From Candidatus Scalindua sp. (lineage in GTDB: Bacteria; Planctomycetota; Brocadiia; Brocadiales; Scalinduaceae): a stretch of 32,000 nt of DNA. Shown here one piece after another: positions 17,600 through 26,384 of the stretch. The stretch covers positions 1,680,001 to 1,712,000 of the forward strand of contig JALDRA010000001.1 of NCBI GenBank assembly GCA_031316235.1. The letters are read 5' to 3'. Below the pieces are notes generated by a model. That model was not told the DNA's origin. It ran no database searches and saw only the letters and a program-made list of their open reading frames with translations. Positions within the stretch are counted from its first letter, which is position 1. The number at the start of each line of letters is the position of its first letter. The position numbers and the translations under genes were made by a program.

Positions 17600-17653
17600 C
17601 CATACAGAGGTCCCTGTCAGTAATCTTCACACCCTTTTCTTGAGACGGAGTTA
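17600..17653. repeat. Right copy of the 54-bp direct repeat (orphan copy of addA codons 5-22)
   Basis: See 11175-11228. On the minus strand it reads ATG AGT ATA ACT CCG ... = MSITPSQEKGVKITDRDLCMGLY-stop. The ATG is supplied by the terminal inverted repeat of the adjacent MITE. Confidence 0.95.
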
Positions 17654-17833
17654 TACTCATCGCAAATTGGTTTTCGGTTTTCAGAACCCGATTTCACCAG
17701 ACCTTTAGATCTTTCTCAATCACAATATCCTCGCCTTGATAGCACCAAGGCTCTGGTTTTGTTCAATCGAAAAATCAAAATTTCAGGCAAACTCATGCCC
17801 AGAAATTCCAAAAATCAATTCGCGATGAGTATA
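17652..17833. mobile_element. MITE-like element, family B-related (182 bp, 17-nt terminal inverted repeats)
   Basis: tatactcatcgcaaatt (17652-17668) versus the reverse complement of aattcgcgatgagtata (17817-17833), with 1 mismatch. It shares tatactcatc termini and the attggttttcggtttt segment with the 5090 and 11660 copies. It has no coding capacity. Confidence 0.7.
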
Positions 17834-17857
17834 GTTTGTTATGCATAGTCTTTTAAA

Positions 17858-18041
17858 TTGACAGTAGGCAATAGGCAGTTAACAGTAAGCAATTATTTGC
17901 TACAAAACCACACGGGTAATCACTGCGAAAATATCAAAATCACCCCCTAAACCCCACAAACAATGCCCACCTGCTTACTACCAATTTAATTGCCTACTGC
18001 TAACTGCTCATTGTCTATTGCCCACTGTCAACTGCCTACTG
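17858..18041. repeat. Long imperfect inverted repeat (family D) abutting the addB stop codon
   Basis: The arms are built of cagtaggca / ctattgcc motifs. The best pair is ttgacagtaggcaatag (17858-17874) versus the reverse complement of 18015-18031, with 1 mismatch in 17. About 90 bp of unrelated sequence lies between the arms. Confidence 0.6.
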
Positions 18042-21000
18042 TTTTCGCATAACCCTCCACTTATCAATACGGCAGACACTTGCAAAATCACAATTCCCCT
18101 CACCACAGCGGTCTAAATCATGTGGAGCAAGTGCAATCCTTCCTTTCCGAATTTCTTCGGAAAACTTTACGATGAGCTCCTTTGTCTCCTCCAACCGCTT
18201 GTTAATCTCTTTTGTATCTCCAGAAAGTGATTTCTTCGATTGCCCTATCTTGAGTCTATATCTTTCTATCAATTCCCGATTATAGATCCCCGTTTTTTTA
18301 GAGGTCTTCAGTGCATAAAATTGAGCGGCAACGGGCTCAATCTTAAACACCTCTCTCAACGCAAGTGCATAAACGGGGAGTTGGAGATCTATTCCCTCTT
18401 CAATGTCTTGTATCCCAAACTCTGTCTTGCCGTATTTATAGTCAATAATTATACCGATTTTTTCCCCGTTCACCGTAGCAACATCAACCCTGTCTATCTT
18501 TCCGGAAACCTCTAACCGTCCCGGTTTTTTGTCTACTATTTTTAAGGGAGCATTCGTTTCACCCCCAAACTTTTCCTCAAACAGCAAAGGAGCGAATAAC
18601 GAAAATTCGACCTCTTTTTCTGTAGACTCAAATGCCAAGAGGGCCTTAAGCATCTCGTTCTTAATCTTCAACTCTTCAAAACCGATTACTATTCCTCTGG
18701 TTTCTTGTTCAAAACACCTCTCAAATAACTCTTGAATCTCTTGTTCTTTTTTTCCTTTGATATACTCTTCCAGAACTCCATGAATTATTTTTCCCTGCAA
18801 TAATGAATCGAGAGCTCGTGCGGCGGCCTGTCTTAGGTTTAGCGTATCCCCACCAAAGAACTTGTATGGGCACTGGGCATAATCTTTTAAATTTGAAGGT
18901 GAAAATCTTGTGGTTGTTTCACGAATCTTTTTTATTACTCTTCTGTCGAAGAGTTTGACGTTTACGTTTCCGTAAGAATCCATGAGCCTTTTTAATCTGC
19001 TCAGCTCTTCCCTGAACCGACTTCCATTCTCACTGTTATTATAGAGCCACAGGGCAACATCCTCTTCGGATTGCTCATGAGTTGTTGTGTAGGGAACGGT
19101 AAAATGGTAATAGACAAAGCTCTTTAGATCGGCAGGAGTAACTATCTCCTCCGGTTCAGGAATTACCTGAGAGAGGCCTCTTTTCACTAACATTTTCTGT
19201 GCCATCTCTTTCGTGAACATTTTTTTTATCTCGGAGAGGAAAAAGGAGGGGAGCGTCACATTACCATCTCTGTTTGCTGATGGGTAGGAGAGATAGAGCC
19301 TATCCTTTGCACGTGTAAGAGCGATGTAGAAGAGATATCTCTCATCATCCATCTGTGCAATTGCCTCTCTCAAGACGACCTGTCCGGCGCTTTTAAGTCT
19401 CTTTCTGTAGAAGTCTTTCAGGAACAGATCCTCCCGCACCTGCCTTGGGAACTCTTTTTCAAGGAGTCCTCCGACAAATACCACCGGGACCTCCCACTGC
19501 CTTGCCTCCAAAACATTAATAACGTTGACAACATCCTTTCTCCTGTCTCTTTTCCCATGCAATGTTAACGCCAACTGGGACATAACGATCCGATTGAATC
19601 CCTCAAATGGAAGATCCTCCATCTCGTTATAGAGTTCTCTGAAGATTGTACTATTAAGGATATTGAGGAATTCCCCCAAGGCAGATGCGTCCCATTTCAT
19701 ACGGTCTACTATTTCTTGATTATGATTACGGGCCCTCATTTCACCGGCACCTTCTTCATCTCTGCATGTATCGGAAAGCGTAAACGCCGCCTTATAGAAG
19801 AGATTCAGGATTGCTGCATAGCACTGGTAATGTACACTGAAAGGATGTATCCCCTCCATGTTCCTGAAGATATTTTTCAGTTGTCTCAAAAACTTGTTAA
19901 CCGGCATTAATTCAAAAGACGAGGTCAGTTCAAGCCATCTGTCACAATCGTTTATCGTCCCTTTTGACAAATGCGCTAATTCTAACCTATATAACAGGTC
20001 TCTCTTAATACCGGAATAGGAGTTCAGGACATCCCAGACAGATTTATCCTGCCAATTTTCCAGATAGACTTTTGTTGTCTTCACGACTGCCTGAATGAGT
20101 GGATTCTTAAGCAAGGGTCTTTTTCCATAAATCCTTACGGGAATTGAGAATCTCGTAAATGTCTCCTCTACCATGTCCTGATATTTTTCGACATTTCTCA
20201 ATATTACGGCTATATGACTGAAACGGTAGCCATTTTTATAGATTAATTTTCTTATCCTGCGGGCAATCTGTTCTACCTCATCCTGAATGTTTGCTGCCTC
20301 AATAATTTGAAATGTCGTTACTTCCTGACTCGGTATGGTTGTTGATGAACAGGGAGTATTCGAAAAACAGCCAGCTTCGATATTCAGTAACATTTGACAG
20401 GAAGTTCTTCTGTTCTCTTTTAACTGTATTTCGTGAAGTCCCAATTTTACAAGTCTGGCGTATGTCTTGCGAGCAGTCCGAAAGAGAGGCGTGTGAGATC
20501 GAGAAGGGTGATACGGCAGGGTAATATACACGTCCGGAACAAGTGAAGATAATTTCTCTATACATTTAAATTCAAGATGGGTGTAATCGTGGAAGCCATC
20601 AATTACTAATAATTTGACTGAGGAAAACGCCTCTTCATTGAGATGCTCTATTGCCTCTCTCAGATAATCTTCTTTATCCATTAACCCTTTTTTCCGCAAA
20701 AACCCTTGATACCTATCGTAGAGTGTGACAAGTTCATTGAGTTTTACGTCAAAGAGGGAGTCTTTTTTACCCGTCATAATTGTTCTGAGTGCTGACTGAA
20801 ATGATGGTGGATCGAGTGAAAGTTCTTTGATCTCTCTTACAAAACTGAGAAAAGAGCTCTTAAACCCGGGAAACTCTAAGACCTCTGAGAAATAACCCTT
20901 TTCGATCTCCTTAAAGAGACACGACAGAACCAGGTCCTTTTCACAATCATCAATAGGTCTCCTCAGTTTCGGCACCACACCTTTTTTCTTCCCCTTTATC

Positions 21001-21311
21001 GGTTCCCGAAGGGGAAGAGTGTCAACTATTCTCTCTGCCAATCCGGAAAAGGTAACCAGGCTGGAGTCAAAGTACCCCGCAACTCCTGAGCTCCTCAGGA
21101 TATGATCTCTCAGATGTTCTACCTGACTATGGGTAGGCAAGAGGAAGATAACGTTCTCTTCTTTATGCTCTTTTATATAGTGGATGAATTTGTGAATTAC
21201 CAGGTGTGTTTTTCCGCTACCAGCTCTGCCTAAGACTAAAAACCGCTCTTTCATGATGGGATGTATTGTCTGTTTATCTATTTCTTGCCATTCTACCAAA
21301 ATGTGCCTCAT
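18036..21311 (-). CDS. addB: AddB-type helicase-nuclease subunit (degenerate helicase fold plus Fe-S PD-(D/E)XK nuclease)
   Basis: 1091-aa ORF. It has an N-terminal P-loop LGRAGSGKTHL and YLFYIALTRAKDRLYLSY. The C-terminal nuclease has YAQCPYKFF ... GKIDRVD ... IIDYKYGK ... CGEGNCDFASVC. It sits upstream of and co-oriented with addA, as in the canonical addB-addA order. An alternative start at ATG 21254 (MKERFLVLGRAGSGKT) would remove the overlap with the upstream small ORF. Confidence 0.8.
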   Translation of the reverse strand: MRHILVEWQEIDKQTIHPIMKERFLVLGRAGSGKTHLVIHKFIHYIKEHKEENVIFLLPTHSQVEHLRDHILRSSGVAGYFDSSLVTFSGLAERIVDTLPLREPIKGKKKGVVPKLRRPIDDCEKDLVLSCLFKEIEKGYFSEVLEFPGFKSSFLSFVREIKELSLDPPSFQSALRTIMTGKKDSLFDVKLNELVTLYDRYQGFLRKKGLMDKEDYLREAIEHLNEEAFSSVKLLVIDGFHDYTHLEFKCIEKLSSLVPDVYITLPYHPSRSHTPLFRTARKTYARLVKLGLHEIQLKENRRTSCQMLLNIEAGCFSNTPCSSTTIPSQEVTTFQIIEAANIQDEVEQIARRIRKLIYKNGYRFSHIAVILRNVEKYQDMVEETFTRFSIPVRIYGKRPLLKNPLIQAVVKTTKVYLENWQDKSVWDVLNSYSGIKRDLLYRLELAHLSKGTINDCDRWLELTSSFELMPVNKFLRQLKNIFRNMEGIHPFSVHYQCYAAILNLFYKAAFTLSDTCRDEEGAGEMRARNHNQEIVDRMKWDASALGEFLNILNSTIFRELYNEMEDLPFEGFNRIVMSQLALTLHGKRDRRKDVVNVINVLEARQWEVPVVFVGGLLEKEFPRQVREDLFLKDFYRKRLKSAGQVVLREAIAQMDDERYLFYIALTRAKDRLYLSYPSANRDGNVTLPSFFLSEIKKMFTKEMAQKMLVKRGLSQVIPEPEEIVTPADLKSFVYYHFTVPYTTTHEQSEEDVALWLYNNSENGSRFREELSRLKRLMDSYGNVNVKLFDRRVIKKIRETTTRFSPSNLKDYAQCPYKFFGGDTLNLRQAAARALDSLLQGKIIHGVLEEYIKGKKEQEIQELFERCFEQETRGIVIGFEELKIKNEMLKALLAFESTEKEVEFSLFAPLLFEEKFGGETNAPLKIVDKKPGRLEVSGKIDRVDVATVNGEKIGIIIDYKYGKTEFGIQDIEEGIDLQLPVYALALREVFKIEPVAAQFYALKTSKKTGIYNRELIERYRLKIGQSKKSLSGDTKEINKRLEETKELIVKFSEEIRKGRIALAPHDLDRCGEGNCDFASVCRIDKWRVMRKQ

Positions 21312-21465
21312 TCATCAATAGTGTGAAGAAAATCGGTTCTTCTTTCCACCGTAGACACCTTTGATTTTCAACCTCTAAAATCTTATTCCCTCTCAAGAAA
21401 TTGTTCATTTCATCGAGCGCTGAGCCACTATCACCTATTGGTATGGTAAATAATCTGATTTGCAT
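21274..21465 (-). CDS. Small hypothetical protein (about 63 aa from ATG 21465)
   Basis: MQIRLFTIPIGDSGSALDEMNNFLRGNKILEVENQ... lies between the STAND gene and addB on the same strand. I recognise no family. The C-terminal half may be out of frame relative to an ancestral gene. Confidence 0.3.
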   Translation of the reverse strand: MQIRLFTIPIGDSGSALDEMNNFLRGNKILEVENQRCLRWKEEPIFFTLLMNEAHFGRMARNR

Positions 21466-21621
21466 AGTCTCAATTGTTAAATCCTTTGGTGACTCCATCC
21501 CAACGCCTACCACTGGTTGTTTTCACTCCATTCGTTTGGCGCTCGTCCCTCACGCCCCACTCATTCCGTTCAAACAACTCGTATTTGCTCATAGGTAAAG
21601 ACGGAGCGAGCTACCAACTGA

Positions 21622-24171
21622 CTACGGGACGAACACAAGGCGGAAGCCAACGCTGAAGCTACTGCTCCCCGGGTGGTAGTCGTCGCGAACAGCAGAACGG
21701 CAATACTGCGCATAGCTGCCCCAACTGCCACCGCGAAACACACGGCTCGAACCGGTTTCCGGCCCCTGAGGATCTTCTACAACTCCCTGTTTTTCGCACT
21801 CTTCATAATATGTTCCGCTATACCAATCCATACACCACTCCCAAACATTGCCGTGCATATCGCTCAACCCCCACGCATTTGGAGGGTAAGCGCCAACCGG
21901 GGTGGTTGTGCCAACATATTTCCCCTCTGGATAGTTCTTATACGGAAAATTTCCATAATAATTTGCCTGCTCGGTGGTCAGATTGTCACCGGTATTAAAT
22001 GGCGTTCTTGTACCGGCACGGCAGGCATATTCCCATTCAGCTTCGGTGGGCAAACGGAAACCCTTCGCAGAAATGTCGCAATTCCTGTTATTGTCAACAT
22101 CATAACAGGGTTCAAGATTCTTCCGCTTGTTCAAATAGTTGGCAAATGCCACAGATCCATCCCAGCTCACCGTCACAATGGGATGTTTTTCCATAGATTT
22201 ATTCAGGATAAAAAATAGACCGTCTCTGTTTTTTTTAATTTTGCAATAATCACTCAAAATATTAAACCATTCACTCTCTTTTACTTCTGATGGAGCAAGA
22301 GAATTCAGGAAATCACAGTACTGCTGGTTGGTGATTTCATAGGCGCTCATTGTAAAACCATCTAATTGTACCTGGTGTGTTGGTTTTTCATCGACACTAC
22401 CATATTCCGAACTATCACCCATTTCGAAAGTACCTCCTTTGACCTCGACAAATTGATCCAGCTCCAGCAGGTTTTGGATACGGTGCTCTCTTCTCCAGGG
22501 TTCAACAACCTTATCATTGAATGGCTTCGAGAATTTCACTGAGAGCACGACGAATATCACAATTGAAAAAACCATGGCGATAGTCATCGAACGATTTTTT
22601 TTGCTCTTACGAATAAATTTCAACTGTTCAGGACTCATATCATTACAAAAATGGCTGCGGTATTTCAGCACGTCCCGCAATTCCCGACCGCTCAAGAGAA
22701 ACTTCCGCCGCCTTACCCTCATCCATGTACGAAAACTTTCGTTCAGCAGTCGCTCCGCCTGCTTAGCCGCGGCAAGCAATTCTCCGGCTAACGACTCTAA
22801 TGCCGGAATGAGCCGTTCATGAGCCAGGCGGTACATAACCTGAGATTCGGATTGCGATTGTGCCGGCAGCTGCTCCAGAATACGCACCTTTTGTGAAGCA
22901 AGATAGCGCAGGTTACCCTGCATGCGGTTTATGGGCAGTTGTGCTTTTTTTGCCAATTCCGAGGTCGATTTCCCTTGTGAGAGCCGTTGATGGGAAATAT
23001 CAGGATCGATGAGGTCCAGCAGCGCATTTTGCATTGGAGAGTGCTCATGCTCCGGTATATCAGCTTCGAGTTTGCCTCGTATATAGGTACGCAGTAATCC
23101 GGTAACACCTCCTGCATCCTTGAATTTTCCCAGGCTGATATCGCTATCAGATACACCGTATAGCTCACTGAGTACCATCATGCCAATACCAATTTCCACT
23201 GGAGATACCTTGCCCTTGTCAGACATGGCATTGACCATTTCCAGAAGCACAGCATTATCAGGCGCCAGACCGCTTTCTCTAGAGAGAACGGCCATGTTTT
23301 CGCGTGCCTGCTCATCGGTAAATATTTTTAACGGATATTTTGGAGGATGAAAATCGGGGATGGTGGATTCGAAATCAAACCAGGTGGAGGCATACTCTTC
23401 CCGGAACGCGATGATCCAGGTGGTTGTGTAGGGAGGCTTCTGAGCTACGATCTTTTTGAACAGCTCAAAGAACGCACCATGTTTTTCCGGTGAAAGCTGC
23501 TCGGCCTGATCAATGATGATCACTTTTTTCGTCACGGAAACGTTATTGACGACATCATCAAGTGTCTCTAGGCTCTCCTTTTCATCCGGGCACACAACAT
23601 GGATCGCCCGTAAGAGCTCTCCGGATGGATTCTCGGGTCTCGCTTCCCAGTAAATGGGGACAACACCATACTTTTCTTTCTCCCTGGCAAGCGTGTATGC
23701 CAGGCCTGCCCGTAAAAGCGACGTTTTTCCAGCACCGGACTCCCCTTTCAGGGCAGTAAAACAGATTTGCGAATCCAATACCCAACCGAGAAGTTTACTC
23801 AGGTCTGCCTCCCTGCCCAGTTGCGAAAAGATCTCACCATCCATTTCCCCAAAAGCGAACGGGCCTTTAATTGCACTTGGCTTGGCCGTATCGGTGATAT
23901 CAATTTTGCGGGGAATTGCCTTCTTCCACACCAGCACAATTCCCCAGACAAAAGGCACAATAGCAGCCACATTCAGCCAGGGTAATACGTCCTTGAAAAA
24001 ATCCAGCAACGCAGGATTGCCTTTAAGAAAGCGCGGTAAAACATTTGCCAGAGCAAGAGATAAGAATCCAATGGCAAAGAGTACACGTTCTCTCCTGCCG
24101 TACTTGATAATCCGAACGATATTTTCAACTTGCTCAGAAAACCTGGTTGTCTGTTCTGAGATATTTGGCAT
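21622..24171 (-). CDS. Membrane-embedded STAND-type P-loop NTPase (nSTAND-like) fused to a C-terminal FGE-sulfatase (SUMF1) domain
   Basis: 849 aa. Two N-terminal hydrophobic helices (VLFAIGFLSLALANVL, LNVAAIVPFVWGIVLVW) come first. Next is the FGE...GRE...L-x-GESGAGKTSLLRAGL Walker A and VIIIDQAEQL Walker B, then a helical/wHTH-like region ending YRLAHERLIPAL. A third TM helix follows (MTIAMVFSIVIFVVLSV). Last is a full FGE-sulfatase domain (GGTFEMG...EKPTHQV...HPIVTVSW...GFRLPTEAEWEYACRAG...GLSDMHGNVWEWCMDWY...RVFRGGSW...VGFRLV). Confidence 0.8.
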   Translation of the reverse strand: MPNISEQTTRFSEQVENIVRIIKYGRRERVLFAIGFLSLALANVLPRFLKGNPALLDFFKDVLPWLNVAAIVPFVWGIVLVWKKAIPRKIDITDTAKPSAIKGPFAFGEMDGEIFSQLGREADLSKLLGWVLDSQICFTALKGESGAGKTSLLRAGLAYTLAREKEKYGVVPIYWEARPENPSGELLRAIHVVCPDEKESLETLDDVVNNVSVTKKVIIIDQAEQLSPEKHGAFFELFKKIVAQKPPYTTTWIIAFREEYASTWFDFESTIPDFHPPKYPLKIFTDEQARENMAVLSRESGLAPDNAVLLEMVNAMSDKGKVSPVEIGIGMMVLSELYGVSDSDISLGKFKDAGGVTGLLRTYIRGKLEADIPEHEHSPMQNALLDLIDPDISHQRLSQGKSTSELAKKAQLPINRMQGNLRYLASQKVRILEQLPAQSQSESQVMYRLAHERLIPALESLAGELLAAAKQAERLLNESFRTWMRVRRRKFLLSGRELRDVLKYRSHFCNDMSPEQLKFIRKSKKNRSMTIAMVFSIVIFVVLSVKFSKPFNDKVVEPWRREHRIQNLLELDQFVEVKGGTFEMGDSSEYGSVDEKPTHQVQLDGFTMSAYEITNQQYCDFLNSLAPSEVKESEWFNILSDYCKIKKNRDGLFFILNKSMEKHPIVTVSWDGSVAFANYLNKRKNLEPCYDVDNNRNCDISAKGFRLPTEAEWEYACRAGTRTPFNTGDNLTTEQANYYGNFPYKNYPEGKYVGTTTPVGAYPPNAWGLSDMHGNVWEWCMDWYSGTYYEECEKQGVVEDPQGPETGSSRVFRGGSWGSYAQYCRSAVRDDYHPGSSSFSVGFRLVFVP

Positions 24172-24326
24172 TCCAAATACTCCTATGTCGGTTACAAGTA
24201 TGCATTACGGTTTATCCGTAATTGAGCACAGAAGATTAGCTATGGGCTGAGTTCTATGAACAATAATAAAATACTCTATTAAAGTCAAGGGCTAGTACTT
24301 TATTTTGAAATATACTGAAAATCACC

Positions 24327-24504
24327 TTTAACGCATAGGTGCAGAGCTTGCAGAGTATAGTCGCAAAGCTTATGTCAAGCTGCGCTTGATAGGAAATTTA
24401 CTGTAGTTTATTGACTACCTGGAAAATCACTTCTCGTAATATAGCTCACCATGTTTAGCTTTCAAATATACTATTCTCTGCGACCTCTGCGCCTCTGCGT
24501 TAAA
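24327..24504. repeat. MITE-like element, family C (178 bp, terminal inverted repeats of about 33 nt)
   Basis: tttaacgcataggtgcagagcttgcagagtatag (24327-24360) versus the reverse complement of ctattctctgcgacctctgcgcctctgcgttaaa (24471-24504). A weaker, shorter relative may lie at about 7143-7232. Confidence 0.55.
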
Positions 24505-24778
24505 ATAAAATACGAAGGGTCTTAATTCGCAAAGTTTTAAAATGGAAAATCCTATATATTCAAGTTCGTTATATCAGCCACTAAATAGAAAACTACTTGT
24601 TTTTTTGATTAAAAGGGCAAGTTCAGAATTGAGCAGGTTCATCCATTTACAATAGAGCGGAAGGGTTCGATCAGGAAACAAAGCCTGAGTTTTTCCGTTT
24701 TCTGTTTGAATTTTTTGTCATAAAAGTTTACCCTTAATTCATGTAAGATGGTAAACCAACAATCGAAAGGAGTGAAAA

Positions 24779-25072
24779 ATGGAAAACAGTTATGAGGGAT
24801 ATTGGTACAGGTCACATAAAGACAGCACTTCAGAGTGGCAATGCGGACTCTATAAGGAGAACACATATTACCAAGATAACATTTATGACGATGTTGGAGA
24901 TGACAGCCATATTGACGACCGTGTTGCAGCGAAAGAAAACAAGAAACTCTTAAGTGAGAGTAACATAATCATGGGAATAAAAGAGTTTCTCGAAATCGGG
25001 ATGAAGTATACAATAACAATAAAGAAAAATGACACCAGATATCAACTCGAAATTAATGAAATCGAAAAATAG
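24779..25072 (+). CDS. Hypothetical small acidic protein (97 aa)
   Basis: AAGGAG at 24767-24772 sits 6 nt before the ATG. No recognisable motif. Confidence 0.45.
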   Translation: MENSYEGYWYRSHKDSTSEWQCGLYKENTYYQDNIYDDVGDDSHIDDRVAAKENKKLLSESNIIMGIKEFLEIGMKYTITIKKNDTRYQLEINEIEK

Positions 25073-25696
25073 GAAAAGGGTTTATTGTCCCTGAACTCTT
25101 CCCTGCCACTAAAATGCGGATTTTCTCATTTGATACATTAAACGGTGGCGGAAAGGCCCTTGAGACTTTTTACCATTTCGGGCATGTATCCTGAATTGTT
25201 TGAATGAGTAAACTGAAAGGGACTATCGGGTGATGAAGCACCATTGAGCAGGAAAGAAAAAAGAGTCTCACTCTTCATAAACTGCGCCTGGAAATGAAAA
25301 GATGTGTTACAAGGAGAACTGCCAGACAGCAACTCTTCTAAAATTATTGATAAGAGCTGACCGCTTCGCTCGTATCAGCAACCAATCTGGTGGTTTATCC
25401 GCAGTTCCTGATACAGGTGGGTGTATAAGGTATATCAAACAAATAGCAATTACTATGTAAAAAGTTGAAAAAACTAAGTGTTGCTTAAGTAAAAACATCT
25501 ATTATAAACTGAATCAACATTTCTCTTATACACCCACCCAACCCGTTACTCATTAATTGTCGGCAGCCATATTGTTTTCTTGATAAAAAAATCCTGCGCT
25601 TAAAAACCCCCTACCGAATCCTCTTCTGGACCTGCCCGGCCACCAACTGGAGCCGGAGCAGACCCAAACTGAGGTTAGCAAAGGAGAGTGATAATT

Positions 25697-25915
25697 ATGG
25701 TTATCACGGAATGTATAACAGCATTTATTGTAAATTTGTTCCCAGAATTATTTTCAATTTTTTTCCGTCAGCGCATACGAAAAATAGAACGATATTATTA
25801 CGCAGTATCTGGTATTATTATTGCGGTAGTTCCGTATCAAACCAACACCTCAAATCTCTTGGATTTCGCTGCAGCAGAAACAGCAAAAAATCTGAAAAAT
25901 CTATTTCTCCTGTAA
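25697..25915 (+). CDS. Hypothetical small hydrophobic protein (about 72 aa)
   Basis: AAGGAG at 25681-25686 lies upstream of ATG 25697. It has two hydrophobic segments. The 3' end overlaps the convergent Nudix gene. A competing ORF in another frame (25711..25938) lowers confidence. Confidence 0.25.
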   Translation: MVITECITAFIVNLFPELFSIFFRQRIRKIERYYYAVSGIIIAVVPYQTNTSNLLDFAAAETAKNLKNLFLL

Positions 25916-26365
25916 TAGTGTACAAAGTTCTTCAATAAAACCTACCTGCCCTTTTAATAGCTTCTTTTTAGCCATGTCAGCCGTAAACCATCCCGCTCGA
26001 TCTACTTCCGGAAAATCTTTTTTTCCCCCGGAACGAGGAGGCCACTCCATTGAAAAGGTGTTGCTCTTTATCTTTGAAGCATTACAGTCACCTTCTACAG
26101 CCCATGCACTGATAATCTTACCGCTTGGCTGCTTTCGGGGTGTAAGAGGAATAAATTTGCCATACGACCGAAAACCGGTTTCCTCATGAAACTCACGTTT
26201 TGCCACGGTAAGGGGGTCCTCGCTGTCTGCATACTCCCCCTTCGGGATAGACCAGATACCGAGATCCTTTTTCGTCCAGAACGGACCACCGGGATGGACG
26301 AGCAAAACCTTTAGACCTTCTTTCTGAAACCTGTACATAACTATTCCTGCACTTTTTGAGCGCAT
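25901..26365 (-). CDS. Nudix hydrolase
   Basis: A perfect Nudix box, GEYADSEDPLTVAKREFHEETGF (G-x5-E-x7-REUxEExGU). The start is moved to ATG 26365 (MRSKSAGIVMY), preceded by GAGGAA. The longer track ORF would overlap the upstream gene. Confidence 0.85.
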   Translation of the reverse strand: MRSKSAGIVMYRFQKEGLKVLLVHPGGPFWTKKDLGIWSIPKGEYADSEDPLTVAKREFHEETGFRSYGKFIPLTPRKQPSGKIISAWAVEGDCNASKIKSNTFSMEWPPRSGGKKDFPEVDRAGWFTADMAKKKLLKGQVGFIEELCTLLQEK

Positions 26366-26384
26366 AGTGTTTCCTCTCTCATGG

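Noticed and set aside
17445-17708. 87-aa (+) ORF
   Set aside because: It is a chimera that reads through the tail of the decayed parE, the 54-bp repeat (antisense to the addA codons) and into the MITE. It is not a plausible gene.
21673-24250. Multiple ORFs of 62-198 aa antisense to, or overlapping, the STAND/FGE gene
   Set aside because: All lie within the 849-codon frame, which has clear domain signatures. They carry no independent motifs.
25138-25498. Two overlapping minus-strand ORFs (63 and 64 aa) that might be one frameshifted gene with an N-terminal signal/TM segment
   Set aside because: The second frame stays open upstream only to about 25375 and I recognise no family in either piece. 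I cannot tell a pseudogene from chance ORFs.
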